From an uncultured Chloroflexia bacterium (GTDB lineage: Bacteria > Chloroflexota > Limnocylindria > Limnocylindrales > CSP1-4), in contig CAWABZ010000013.1 of the NCBI GenBank assembly GCA_963780425.1, forward strand, positions 68,644 to 132,643: DNA of 64,000 bases. The letters are read 5' to 3'. Positions 36,640-45,821 of this stretch are shown in pieces (within the stretch, counting starts at the first letter, position 1; every line of letters starts with the position of its first letter). The notes below the pieces were generated by a model. That model did not search any database, was not told where the DNA came from, and saw only the letters and a program-made list of their open reading frames with translations. The position numbers were made by a program, and so were the translations under genes.

Positions 36640-37509
36640 ATGTCCCCCCTCGCGAATGTCACGATCGCGACAGTCGGCTCGGGCGTGATGGCCGAGGCGA
36701 TGATCGCCGGCCTGCTGCGCGACGGCCTGGTCACCCCGGACAAGGTGGTCGCCAGCCACCCGCGCCCCGAGCGGCGCGAGGCGCTCGAGCGCGAGTACGG
36801 CATCCGGACCGTCGCCGCGAACGCGGATGCCGTCCGCGAGGCGGACGTGATCCTGCTCGGCATCAAGCCCCAGATGCTCGACAAGGTCGGCCACGATATC
36901 CGGCCGCACCTCCGCCGCGGCCAGCTCGTTCTGAGCGTGCTGGCGGGGGCCACGACCGCGGCTCTCACCGGCATCCTCGGCCACGACCAGGTGGTGCGCA
37001 GCATGCCGAACACGCCGGCTCGCCTCGGCAAGGGCGTGACGGTCTGGTATGCCACTCCCGAGACCACCGACGAGCAGCGGGCACAGGCCGCCACCCTCCT
37101 CGGTGCGCTCGGCCTCCAGCTCGAGGTCGACGACGAGAAGATGGTTGCTATGGCGACCGCCGTGAGCGGCACCGGCCCGACATATGTGTTCCTCGTGATG
37201 GAGGCGCTCATCGACGCGGCCGTCCATCTCGGCTTCCCCCGCCACATCGCGCACGACCTCGTCATCGAGACGCTCGAGGGCTCGACTCTGTTCGCCCGCC
37301 AGTCCGGGATGCACCCGGCCGAGCTCCGGAACATGGTGACGTCCCCGGGCGGGACATCGGCCGCGGCGCTCCACGAGCTGGAGAGCGGCCGGCTGCGCAC
37401 CGTGCTGTCCGAGGCGGTCTGGGCGGCGTTCCGACGGACGGTCGAGCTCGGCGACCAGCTCGAAGCCCAGCTCGAGACATCCGACGGCAAGGGCCGGCCG
37501 ACGCCTTGA
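36640..37509 (+). CDS. proC: pyrroline-5-carboxylate reductase
   Basis: IATVGSGVMAEAMIAGL, VILLGIKPQ, RSMPNTPA and VTSPGGTSAAAL. Confidence 0.9.
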   Translation: MSPLANVTIATVGSGVMAEAMIAGLLRDGLVTPDKVVASHPRPERREALEREYGIRTVAANADAVREADVILLGIKPQMLDKVGHDIRPHLRRGQLVLSVLAGATTAALTGILGHDQVVRSMPNTPARLGKGVTVWYATPETTDEQRAQAATLLGALGLQLEVDDEKMVAMATAVSGTGPTYVFLVMEALIDAAVHLGFPRHIAHDLVIETLEGSTLFARQSGMHPAELRNMVTSPGGTSAAALHELESGRLRTVLSEAVWAAFRRTVELGDQLEAQLETSDGKGRPTP

Positions 37510-38579
37510 TGGCGCCGAGCCCGGCCGCCGACGCGGCGATCCCCATCGTCGACCTCAGGCGGGCACCGCTTGGCGATGTGCGCGGTCTCGACCTCCGGTC
37601 GCAGTCCCGCCACCCCTGGGTCGACGAAGCCGCGATCTGGGACCGCCTCGTCAGTTCGTGGGCCGGCCTCGACGAGGCGGCCTGGCACCTGCCGGGTGCC
37701 GCGCCGTCGGACGCGGGTGGACCGGACTGGTCGCTGGCCGAGCATGTCGGCCACGTCGCGGACTGGCAGGAGCTCGCCATCGACTACGTCGGGACCGCGA
37801 TCCAGACCGGACGCTGGCCATCGGACGATGACTACGACGGCGGCGACTTCGACCGCTACAACGAACGCCGTCGCGCGCCCTGGACGACGATGCCGGCCGC
37901 GACGATCGTCGGTCGCCTGGGGGCGGCACGCCCCCGCCTGCTCGAGGCCGCTGCGCGTCTCCCGCTCGACACGCTCCGCAGCGATGACGCGTGGGGCTGG
38001 GTGTACTTCACGCTCCACGGCCACTACCTGGACCACCTCGCCGTCATCGAGCCGTGGACCGACCGGCTGCGCGATCGGCAGACCGACGGCGATCCGTTCA
38101 TCGCCGATCCGCGTGCCGCGGACTACGCCGGCTTCGTGGCGGACGCGACGGCGCTCGACGAGAGCTTCGACGCGCTGATCCGGCGCGTCCCGCTCGAGCG
38201 ATGGGACGAGGGCGAGATCACGCCCGGCTGGACGTTGCGGGACCACGTCGGCCACCTCGCCGACTGGATGGACGAAGGCGCCCGGGCGATCGCCGTGTAC
38301 CGGGACAAGGGCATCTGGCTGTCCGATCCGGAGGAGGGGATCGATGCCTGGAACGAGCGCCACGTCGACGCGGCCCGGACCGAGTCGCCTGCTGTGACGC
38401 TCGCTCGCTACGACGCGGGCCGGGCGCGTCTGCTCGACGCCGTCGCGTCGATGACCGTCGAGGAGCTGCGCTCGCCCGACGGCTGGAGCTGGGCGTACGA
38501 CTGCCAGCACGGCCACGTGCGCAAGCACCTCGCGATGGTCGGACGGTGGTGCGTCATGAGCGGCTGGCCCGGAGCCTGA
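37509..38579 (+). CDS. tandem DinB-fold protein (two DinB_2 / MDMPI_N-like domains)
   Basis: The two halves carry WSLAEHVGHVADW...HGHYLDHL and WTLRDHVGHLADW...HGHVRKHL. The ATG overlaps the proC stop (TGATG), and its own stop overlaps the next start in the same way. Confidence 0.75.
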   Translation: MAPSPAADAAIPIVDLRRAPLGDVRGLDLRSQSRHPWVDEAAIWDRLVSSWAGLDEAAWHLPGAAPSDAGGPDWSLAEHVGHVADWQELAIDYVGTAIQTGRWPSDDDYDGGDFDRYNERRRAPWTTMPAATIVGRLGAARPRLLEAAARLPLDTLRSDDAWGWVYFTLHGHYLDHLAVIEPWTDRLRDRQTDGDPFIADPRAADYAGFVADATALDESFDALIRRVPLERWDEGEITPGWTLRDHVGHLADWMDEGARAIAVYRDKGIWLSDPEEGIDAWNERHVDAARTESPAVTLARYDAGRARLLDAVASMTVEELRSPDGWSWAYDCQHGHVRKHLAMVGRWCVMSGWPGA

Positions 38580-40603
38580 TGGCCGGGGAGGAGGGCGCGC
38601 CGGCCACGGGCGGATCCGGGCTGACGATCGAGGCGATCGTCGCGGTCGACTCGCCCCGGGAGTTCCGGATCCACCCGCGCGACCGGGTGGTCGCGTTCAC
38701 GGCGGAGGCCGCAGGCGCCCGACAGGTCTTCACGCTGTCACTCCGTGGCACGGGCGCGCCTGCGACCCAGATCACGGCCTCGGAAAAGGCGGTGAGCGAC
38801 CCGCACTGGTCGCCCGACGGGCGGCGCCTTGCTTTCGTGCGCGACGACGAGATCTGGATCGTCGAAGCGGATGGCTCGCGCCTGACCCGTGTCGTCGCGA
38901 AGCCCGGTGGCGGTCGCGATCCGCGCTGGTCACCGGATGGTCGACGCCTCGCGTTCCTCTCCCGGCGGCGCGGCTGGAGCCAGGTCTGGCTCGTCGACGC
39001 GCCGGTCCCGCGCCGCGGTCGACCGCAGCGCGACCCACGGCCGCCGCAGGCGACACCGTTGACGCAGCCGGGTTTCGACGTGGACGCGCTGGCGTGGTCA
39101 CCCGATGGTGCGCGTATCGCGGTCACCGGGCAGCAGGCGCCCGACGACCTCACGACGTGGCAGGTCGCGATCGTCGATGTCGCGAGTCGGGCGAGCGAGA
39201 TCGTGGCGGGTGCGCGCAGCCACGACACCGGCGCGCAGTGGCTGCCCGACGGATCCCTCGTCTACGTCAGCGACGCGGACGGCTGGTTCCAGGTCATCCG
39301 GCGCACCGCCGACGGTCGGGATCGGATCGTCCTGACCGATGGGAAGCGCGAGCACGGGGAGCCGTCGGGCGGGTACGGCTACGCGCCACTGCCCTCACCC
39401 GATGGCGAGCGCGTGGTCCACATCGAAGTCCACGACGGCCTCATCGATCTCGTCGTCCGCAGCCTGGGCGTCGGCTCTCCGCCGAAGCGTGGCCGAGGCC
39501 GGCCCCCGAAGGCGCCGCGCACGGTCGCCGCGGCGACGACCGCCACCAAGGTCTCGCCCTGGGACGGCGTGTGGCGTGCGATCGGCTGGCTGCCTGACGG
39601 GGCGTGGGTCGCGGCGATCGGCGAGAGCGAGACGCGACCGCAGGACCTGTGGCTGCTGCCGGTCCCGGGTGTGGCGCCCGACGGAGCGCGACCGCGCCAG
39701 GTCACCGACTCGCGGCCGGCCGTCCTCGCGTCCGCGATGGCCACGAGCCGCGTGCCCGCGGGCGAACGCGTGGTGATCACGGCCCGCGACGGGCTCAGAC
39801 TGGAAGGGACGCTCTGGCGTCCGGCCGGTGCGACCGGCAAGCGCGGCGGCCGCCGCGTCCCGACGATCGTCCACCCGCACGGCGGCCCGACGTGGCAGTC
39901 GTACCGCAGCTTCCAGCCGTTCAAGCTCGTGCTCGCGGACGCGGGCTACGCGTTCCTCGACGTGGACTTCCGCGGCTCGACTGGGTACGGGCGCACGTTC
40001 CGCCACGCCAACCACGGGGAGTGGGGCCACGCCGACACCCACGACCTCATCGACGCCACGCGCTGGGCGGGCGAGCAGCCCTGGTCCGACGGCCGGTTCG
40101 CGATCTACGGCGGGTCGTACGGTGGCTACCTGGTCCTCAGCGCGCTGGTCGAGGAGCCGTCGCTGTGGGCGGCCGGTATCGATCTGTACGGGGACTCGGA
40201 GATCGCCGAGAGCTTCCGCCACGGCGACCGACCCGGCCGGCTCGACCTGCTCAAGATGATGGGGGCACCCGATGACCCGACCCGTGCCGAGGCATATCGC
40301 CGCGGGTCACCGGTGTACCGCGCCGAGCGGATCGAGGCACCGCTGCTCCTCCTCCATGGCCGGAAGGACAAGCGGGTCGTGCCGCTGATGACGGAGCGGA
40401 TGGTCGAGGCGCTGGAGATCGAGGACAAGGTCCACGAGGTCCACTGGTACGACGACGAGGCCCATGGCTGGGAGCGCCGCGAGAACCGGCGCGACGCGTT
40501 CGAGCGGATCCTTTCCTTCCTCAGGCTTCAGTTGCCGTCCGACGAGGCGGCTCGGGTTTCGCCTTCTCGGGATCGTCCCCGTTCGACCGACCGATCACGC
40601 TGA
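38579..40603 (+). CDS. S9 family serine peptidase (prolyl oligopeptidase / acylaminoacyl-peptidase type) with N-terminal beta-propeller
   Basis: PD40-like repeats are HWSPDGRRLAF, RWSPDGRRLAF and AWSPDGARIAV. The catalytic motifs are GGSYGG, HGRKDKRV and DEAHGW. Confidence 0.85.
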   Translation: MAGEEGAPATGGSGLTIEAIVAVDSPREFRIHPRDRVVAFTAEAAGARQVFTLSLRGTGAPATQITASEKAVSDPHWSPDGRRLAFVRDDEIWIVEADGSRLTRVVAKPGGGRDPRWSPDGRRLAFLSRRRGWSQVWLVDAPVPRRGRPQRDPRPPQATPLTQPGFDVDALAWSPDGARIAVTGQQAPDDLTTWQVAIVDVASRASEIVAGARSHDTGAQWLPDGSLVYVSDADGWFQVIRRTADGRDRIVLTDGKREHGEPSGGYGYAPLPSPDGERVVHIEVHDGLIDLVVRSLGVGSPPKRGRGRPPKAPRTVAAATTATKVSPWDGVWRAIGWLPDGAWVAAIGESETRPQDLWLLPVPGVAPDGARPRQVTDSRPAVLASAMATSRVPAGERVVITARDGLRLEGTLWRPAGATGKRGGRRVPTIVHPHGGPTWQSYRSFQPFKLVLADAGYAFLDVDFRGSTGYGRTFRHANHGEWGHADTHDLIDATRWAGEQPWSDGRFAIYGGSYGGYLVLSALVEEPSLWAAGIDLYGDSEIAESFRHGDRPGRLDLLKMMGAPDDPTRAEAYRRGSPVYRAERIEAPLLLLHGRKDKRVVPLMTERMVEALEIEDKVHEVHWYDDEAHGWERRENRRDAFERILSFLRLQLPSDEAARVSPSRDRPRSTDRSR

Positions 40604-41054
40604 TCGAACCGTCCGTCTCGAGGACGGCCATCCGGACGTCCTCGATCCGGGCGAGGCCATGTGCCCGGATCGCGGTCAGGATGTCGTCGATCTCGAGCCC
40701 CTCCTCCTGCACGGCGCGTTTGAGCAGCCGACCGTCGCGGACCAGCAGGCGAGGCTCGCCTTCGAGGGCCTTGCGCGCCTGCTTCGATCGCCTCGAGATC
40801 TCGCGCAGGACGAAGTCGAGCCCGAGCAGGACCACGACGGCGACGATGCCGCCCCAGATCGACGTGTTGTCGCCGATCATCGAGTTCTGGACCGCGTCGC
40901 TGATGACCAGGATGACGATGAGCTCCAGGACCGACATCTGGCCGACCTCGCGCTTGCCCGAAACGCGGATCGCGATGACCAGGAAGAGATAGACGATGGC
41001 GGTCCGGAGCGCGACCTCGGGTAGGCCCGAACCGATCTCGGGAAGCGAGGGCAT
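40521..41054 (-). CDS. DUF421 (YetF-like) membrane protein
   Basis: RTAIVYLFLVIAIRVSGKREVGQMSVLELIVILVISDAV is the typical DUF421 N-terminus. The gene overlaps the peptidase 3' end convergently by 83 nt. Confidence 0.75.
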   Translation of the reverse strand: MPSLPEIGSGLPEVALRTAIVYLFLVIAIRVSGKREVGQMSVLELIVILVISDAVQNSMIGDNTSIWGGIVAVVVLLGLDFVLREISRRSKQARKALEGEPRLLVRDGRLLKRAVQEEGLEIDDILTAIRAHGLARIEDVRMAVLETDGSISVIGRSNGDDPEKAKPEPPRRTATEA

Positions 41055-41097
41055 CGCGCCGACTGTATCCGCTGCGCGGCGCCTGCGACCAGCCGGG

Positions 41098-41129
41098 AAT
41101 CGAAACGGCCGTCCTGATCGGACGGCCGT
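41098..41129 (-). terminator. rho-independent-type terminator (10-bp perfect stem ACGGCCGTCC / GGACGGCCGT)
   Basis: Arms at 41105-41114 and 41120-41129 with a 5-nt loop. On the minus strand the hairpin is followed by tttcgatt. It lies downstream of the 32-aa ORF. Confidence 0.5.
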
Positions 41130-41185
41130 CGAGCGGTGACGGTGCCGGCGCGGGGCGCCGGCGGTGCGTTACATCCCGGAGATCA

Positions 41186-41284
41186 CTACCAGCGGCGCGC
41201 CGCCTCCAGCACGAGGCCAGAGCTGGCGAGCGCGGACAGGAGCATGAGCGTCCGGAAGGCCCCCGACTTGATGATCTTCTTCAT
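41186..41284 (-). CDS. hypothetical 32-aa hydrophobic peptide (MKKIIKSGAFRTLMLLSALASSGLVLEAARRW)
   Basis: The ATG is preceded by agaagaggga, and the first codons are locally AT-rich. It is followed by the terminator hairpin. It is too short for any family call. Confidence 0.35.
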   Translation of the reverse strand: MKKIIKSGAFRTLMLLSALASSGLVLEAARRW

Positions 41285-41457
41285 CGCGGTCCCTCTTCTT
41301 TCTTGATGGAGCGGCGGATCTTCGATGAGTGCTGGGGACGGAAGGTGTCCCCGGATGCACCGTACGAGGGGTCCGCGGGCGCGGCCATAGGCCATCCGTA
41401 CCGGCGCGCGGATGACCAGCGGCGTCTCCGGTGCGCGCCGCCACCGGCGCGACAGCG

Positions 41458-42003
41458 TCAGGCGGGGTGGCTGGCGGGCTCGCCGCGAGTCATGCCGACG
41501 GCGATCACGACGACGATGCCGAGCGCGATCAGCACATCGCCGATGCTGAACACGTTCGCGAATGGCAGCCAGGGCGGCAACGCGAAGATGTCCGTAAGCG
41601 GAGCAAGGGCAGGATCCTCGAGGACCGCGCTGTTGGAGAACCCGTCGAGCGGATCGAGGCCAGCCGCCGCCAGAGCCCCCGGCGTCGTGGGCATCACCCC
41701 GTCGTTGGCCACGATCGCCGCGAGATTTGAGATCGCTCCGAGCGCGACCAGCGCCAACCCGGGGACCCGTAGATTGCGCCAGACCGCGACGAGCACGAGC
41801 CCGGTCGAGGCGACGTAGATGGCCTCGCCGACCCCGCCTCGGAACGAGCCGCCGATCGGGGTCGAGAACAGAAGCACCTGCACGGCCAGCCCGACAACGG
41901 CCAGCCACGCCCATTCGAACCGGATCTCCGACAGGCGATCGAGTCGTCCGCCCATCAGGAAGCCCAGGACGAGACCGATCGGGACGGCGAGGACGATGAA
42001 CAC
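41458..42003 (-). CDS. DUF5317-like integral membrane protein
   Basis: MFIVLAVPIGLVLGFLMGGRL...FEWAWLAVVGLAVQVLLF and the C-terminal ANDGVMP...FSIGDVLIALG pattern. The family name is from memory. Confidence 0.65.
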   Translation of the reverse strand: MFIVLAVPIGLVLGFLMGGRLDRLSEIRFEWAWLAVVGLAVQVLLFSTPIGGSFRGGVGEAIYVASTGLVLVAVWRNLRVPGLALVALGAISNLAAIVANDGVMPTTPGALAAAGLDPLDGFSNSAVLEDPALAPLTDIFALPPWLPFANVFSIGDVLIALGIVVVIAVGMTRGEPASHPA

Positions 42004-42012
42004 CGCGCTTGA

Positions 42013-42510
42013 TCAGTCGGTGCGGGTCGCCAGGATGTCCGTCAGCTGCGCGATGTGGTCCTCGGCGTGGCCGAGCACGAACCGCTCGAGGATCTCCGGG
42101 GCAGGCATCTCCCCGAGCCGGGGGTGCGCGCCGATGCGGGACCGCTCTGCCGCGGTCGTGGTCGCCAGCCGATCAGCCCAGGCGGCCAGCCCTGCGTCGA
42201 TCCGGGTGAACAGCACCCGCAGCGGCAGCGACCGGTCCCGATCGATGACCCCGAGCCGGAGGCTGTCGTCGGCCGTCCGCCCGAATGGCACGGGGTCGGA
42301 GCCGGTCCCGTCGACGACGCGCTCCATCTCGCCCAGCCAGAAGGGCAACATCTCCTCGACGTGCGCCAGCACCTCGCGCGGGCCCCACGACGCTTCGGGC
42401 CCCGTGCCGTAGTCCTCGGCCAGCGGCCAGGGCTCCCCGGCCATGACACGTGGGGCGAGCTCGGCATAGCCGCGTCGCGCGGCCGCGATCCGATCGGCGT
42501 CGCTCGTCAT
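42013..42510 (-). CDS. DinB-family protein
   Basis: The sequence from MTSDADRI has REVLAHVEEMLPFW and LGHAEDHIAQL. It is divergent from hppD. Confidence 0.8.
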   Translation of the reverse strand: MTSDADRIAAARRGYAELAPRVMAGEPWPLAEDYGTGPEASWGPREVLAHVEEMLPFWLGEMERVVDGTGSDPVPFGRTADDSLRLGVIDRDRSLPLRVLFTRIDAGLAAWADRLATTTAAERSRIGAHPRLGEMPAPEILERFVLGHAEDHIAQLTDILATRTD

Positions 42511-42616
42511 GACGGCCAGTGTGGCACGCGCGGCGTACGATGGTGGCACTGACCAACGCCTCGGACGCGGCGCGAGCCGAATCGAGGCCGGACCCGCCTG
42601 CAGCGGAGATCGCGCG

Positions 42617-43786
42617 ATGACCGAGACGCTCCCGCGTGGCGCGGCCAATCAGGCCGGCGCCCGGGTCGATGCGGACGCCTACGCCAAGGCGGCCGATTTC
42701 CTGCCGCTCGACGGCATCGATCATGTCGAGTTCTGGGTCGGCAACGCCCGCCAGGCGTCGGCGTATTACCGCGCCCTGTGGGGCTTCACACCCGTCGCGT
42801 TCAGCGGCCTCGAGACCAAGGTCCGTGATCGAGCGAGCTACGTCATGGTCCAGAACGACATCCGGTTCGTGTTCACGGCGCCGCTGACACCGGACGGCGA
42901 GATCGCCGAGCACGTCCGGGCGCACGGTGACGGGGTCCACGACATCGCCTTCCGCGTCGCGGACGTGGAAGCGGCCTGGCGCGAGACGACGTCGCGTGGC
43001 GCTGCGTCCACTCTTGGCCCGACGGAGCTCGACGGTGGCGAGGACGGTGTCCTCCGCAAGGCCTCGATCCGCACGTACGGCGAGACGCTTCATTCGTTCG
43101 TCGACCGACGCGACTACCACGGGGCATTCGCGCCCGGCTATCGCAAGGTCAAGACGCCACCGCGTGCGGCCCAGGGCCTCAGCCTGCTCGAGGTCGATCA
43201 CTGCGTCGGCAACGTCGAGACCGGCCAGATGGACGCCTTCGTCGACTTCTATCGCGACGTGCTCGGCTTCGCCCAGCTGATCCACTACGACGACAAGGTC
43301 ATCCACACCGACTACAGCGCGCTGATGTCGAAGGTCATGACCAACGGCAACGGTCGCATCAAGTTCCCGATCAACGAGCCTGCGACCGGCAAGAAGAAGA
43401 GCCAGATCCAGGAGTACCTCGACTGGTATCGATCGCCCGGCTGCCAGCACATCGCGCTGCGCACCGAGGACATCGTCGGGACGGTCCGTCGGCTGCGTGA
43501 GAACGGGGTCGAGTTCCTCGGCCTGCCGCACGAGTACTACGCGACCTTGGCCGACCGCGTCGGCGACGTCGGCGTGCCGATGGAGACGCTGGAGGAGCTG
43601 GGCATCGAGGCCGACCGCGACGAGGAGGGCTACCTGCTCCAGATCTTCACGCGGCCCATCCAGGATCGCCCGACGTTCTTCTTCGAGATCATCGAGCGGC
43701 ACGGGTCACGCGGCTTCGGCGTCGGCAACTTCAAGGCCCTGTTCGAGGCGATCGAGCGCGAGCAGGAGAAGCGCGGGAACCTGTAG
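42617..43786 (+). CDS. hppD: 4-hydroxyphenylpyruvate dioxygenase
   Basis: GIDHVEFWVGNARQA, VDHCVGNVE, GCQHIALRT and QIFTRPIQDRPTFFFEIIERHG. Confidence 0.9.
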   Translation: MTETLPRGAANQAGARVDADAYAKAADFLPLDGIDHVEFWVGNARQASAYYRALWGFTPVAFSGLETKVRDRASYVMVQNDIRFVFTAPLTPDGEIAEHVRAHGDGVHDIAFRVADVEAAWRETTSRGAASTLGPTELDGGEDGVLRKASIRTYGETLHSFVDRRDYHGAFAPGYRKVKTPPRAAQGLSLLEVDHCVGNVETGQMDAFVDFYRDVLGFAQLIHYDDKVIHTDYSALMSKVMTNGNGRIKFPINEPATGKKKSQIQEYLDWYRSPGCQHIALRTEDIVGTVRRLRENGVEFLGLPHEYYATLADRVGDVGVPMETLEELGIEADRDEEGYLLQIFTRPIQDRPTFFFEIIERHGSRGFGVGNFKALFEAIEREQEKRGNL

Positions 43787-44213
43787 TCCTGACCCCCGTC
43801 GACGAAGTGGTCGAGCCAGGGGTCCTGCGCGAGAATGCCGGCGAGGGCCTCGATCGGGGCTGACCTTCTGCTGCCACCAGACATTTGGGCGGTTGGGGAG
43901 GCACAAGGCACGACCTGCGCCCCGGACCACGCACGAGGTGTGCGTGTTTGCGGCGGCCGGGACCCGCTAGGGGGCCCTCAAGCCCGGATTCGTATGCTCC
44001 CAGCAGAATCCCGCCGCCTACCGAGGGCGTTTTCGCCCGGGATCGCCGAGGGCCGGGGCCCCCCGCCGTCCGAACCGGCGGAGGGACTTGCCGGCACGAG
44101 CTGGGACCTCGTCGACATCGCGCGCCGCTGACCCGTCCGAGCCGACCGCGGCGGCGTACCATCGGGGCGCTTGCCACAGCACGCGGCGCCGTCGTCGGAG
44201 GGAGGTGTTTCCG

Positions 44214-44701
44214 ATGGACCTGTACCCCTGGATCGTGATCGCGCATGTGTTCTTCGTGATCATCGCGTTCGGAGCGCATGGGGTCTCGGCGTTCGCGAGC
44301 TTCCGGGTCAAGGCCTCGTCGGACCGAGCCGAGCTCAAGACGCTGCTCGACCTCTCGCAGACCTCGCTCGTGGCGGCCGGCGTCGCCCTCCTCGTGGCGA
44401 TCCTGCTGGGGATCTGGGCCGCGATCATGGGCGGGCATTTCTCGCGCACGTGGCCGTGGGCGGCGATCGTGGTCCTGGTCGTGGTGGTCATCACGATGAC
44501 CCCGCTGGCTGCCGAACCCGATGCGCGAGCTCCGGGCCGCCCTGGGGATCGGCACGGACAAGTCGGGGGCGTCGCTGGCCCCCGGCTCCGACGCTGCCAT
44601 CGCCGCCGCGAATGCCAAGCTGCGGCCCGAGTTGACGATGGTGGTCGGCATCGTCGGGCTCGCGGTGCTCGTCTGGCTGATGGAGCTGAAGCCGTTCTGA
44701 A
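44214..44701 (+). pseudogene. integral membrane protein (4 TM; possibly DUF2269-like), frame broken near 44505-44522 as assembled
   Basis: MDLYPWIVIAHVFFVIIAFGAHG...ITMTPLAA is in one frame. By hand translation, MRELRAALGIG...LTMVVGIVGLAVLVWLMELKPF* is in the next. Confidence 0.5.
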
Positions 44702-44716
44702 CTGCCGGACGCGCCG

Positions 44717-45718
44717 GTGAGGCTGGCGCACGTCCGCGAGCGCCGCGCGCCCGCCGGCGCTCCATGGCGGGTCGTGGCTGCCCTGGATGAGGGCCGCTGG
44801 CTCGACCTGGAGCACGCCCGGCGTCGCGCGATCGCGGCTCGACCGACGCTCGAGCACGATTCCGCGCTGCATCGGCGGCCGATCTCGACCCTCGACGAGG
44901 CCCTCGCGCACGGCCTCCGTGTGGCCGCATTCGGCGACCTGGTCGATGGGTTCGCGGCCCGCGACGAGGACGACGATGCCGTCCTCGATGCGGGCGAACT
45001 CGCATTCGGCAAGCCGCTGCTGCAACCCCTGTCTTTGCGCGACGGCTACGGGTTCGAAGGTCATGTCCGGACCGTCTGGGGCCGCCGGGACGCGGACATC
45101 CCGGAGAACTGGTATCGACTCGCGATCTTCTATTTCTCGAATGTGTCCGAGATGCGCGGGCCGGACGACCCGATCTGGGCGCCTGCCGGCTCGGACGAGC
45201 TCGACTACGAGCTCGAGATCGCAGCGTTGATCGACACGCCGGCTCGCGATCTGCACCCCGAGCGCGCCGAGGAGGCGATCGGCGGCTACACGATCTTCAA
45301 CGACTGGTCGGCCCGCGACCTGCAACGGGACGAGACCGCGGTGCGCCTGGGTCCGGCCAAGGGCAAGGACTTCGCGAGCTCGATCGGACCGTACCTGGTG
45401 ACGCCAGACGAGCTCGAGGACGCACGGTCGGGTCGCGGCTTCGACCTCACGATGACCGCGACCGTGAACGGTGCCGAGACGTCGCGCGGCCGCTGGTCCG
45501 ACATCTTCCACGGGTTCGCCGAGCTCGCGGCCCGTGCCTCGGCCGACGTCCGGTTGCGACCCGGCGAGCTTCTCGGTTCCGGCACCGTGGGTGGCGGTTG
45601 TCTGCTCGAGATCCGGGAGCAGACCCTCGGCCGTTACCTCACGCCGGGCGACGAGGTCACGCTTACCATCGAGCGGCTGGGATCGTTGAGTGCCCCCATC
45701 GTCGCCCGGCCGGCATGA
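44717..45718 (+). CDS. fumarylacetoacetate hydrolase (FAH) family protein
   Basis: LDYELEIAALI, FNDWSARDLQ, GPAKGKDF and GELLGSGTVGGGC. GTG start. Confidence 0.85.
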   Translation: MRLAHVRERRAPAGAPWRVVAALDEGRWLDLEHARRRAIAARPTLEHDSALHRRPISTLDEALAHGLRVAAFGDLVDGFAARDEDDDAVLDAGELAFGKPLLQPLSLRDGYGFEGHVRTVWGRRDADIPENWYRLAIFYFSNVSEMRGPDDPIWAPAGSDELDYELEIAALIDTPARDLHPERAEEAIGGYTIFNDWSARDLQRDETAVRLGPAKGKDFASSIGPYLVTPDELEDARSGRGFDLTMTATVNGAETSRGRWSDIFHGFAELAARASADVRLRPGELLGSGTVGGGCLLEIREQTLGRYLTPGDEVTLTIERLGSLSAPIVARPA

Positions 45719-45821
45719 AGCGCACGGATCCGCCCGTCAAATCCGAAATGGACGTAACACCGACGAACGCAAGGGCTATGCTCCCAGTCGTCCATACGTC
45801 TCGGTTGGAGGGAGATCCCAA

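Noticed and set aside
35634-38579. The 981-aa ORF might be a single multidomain protein.
   Set aside because: Only its first ~285 aa (methyltransferase) and last 356 aa (tandem DinB) look like protein. The middle is Arg/Pro-rich out-of-frame read-through across proC, which is clearly encoded in another frame (36640..37509).
43787-44213. The 427-bp gene-free region after hppD might hold an ncRNA, riboswitch or gene remnant.
   Set aside because: Only short hairpins are present (for example CACGCAC-gaggt-GTGCGTG at about 43931-43950), and an 11-mer (tatgctcccag) is shared with 45775. No recognisable riboswitch core was found. Candidate ORFs have no stops separating them from antisense hppD sequence. 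Nothing supportable can be said without covariance-model searches.
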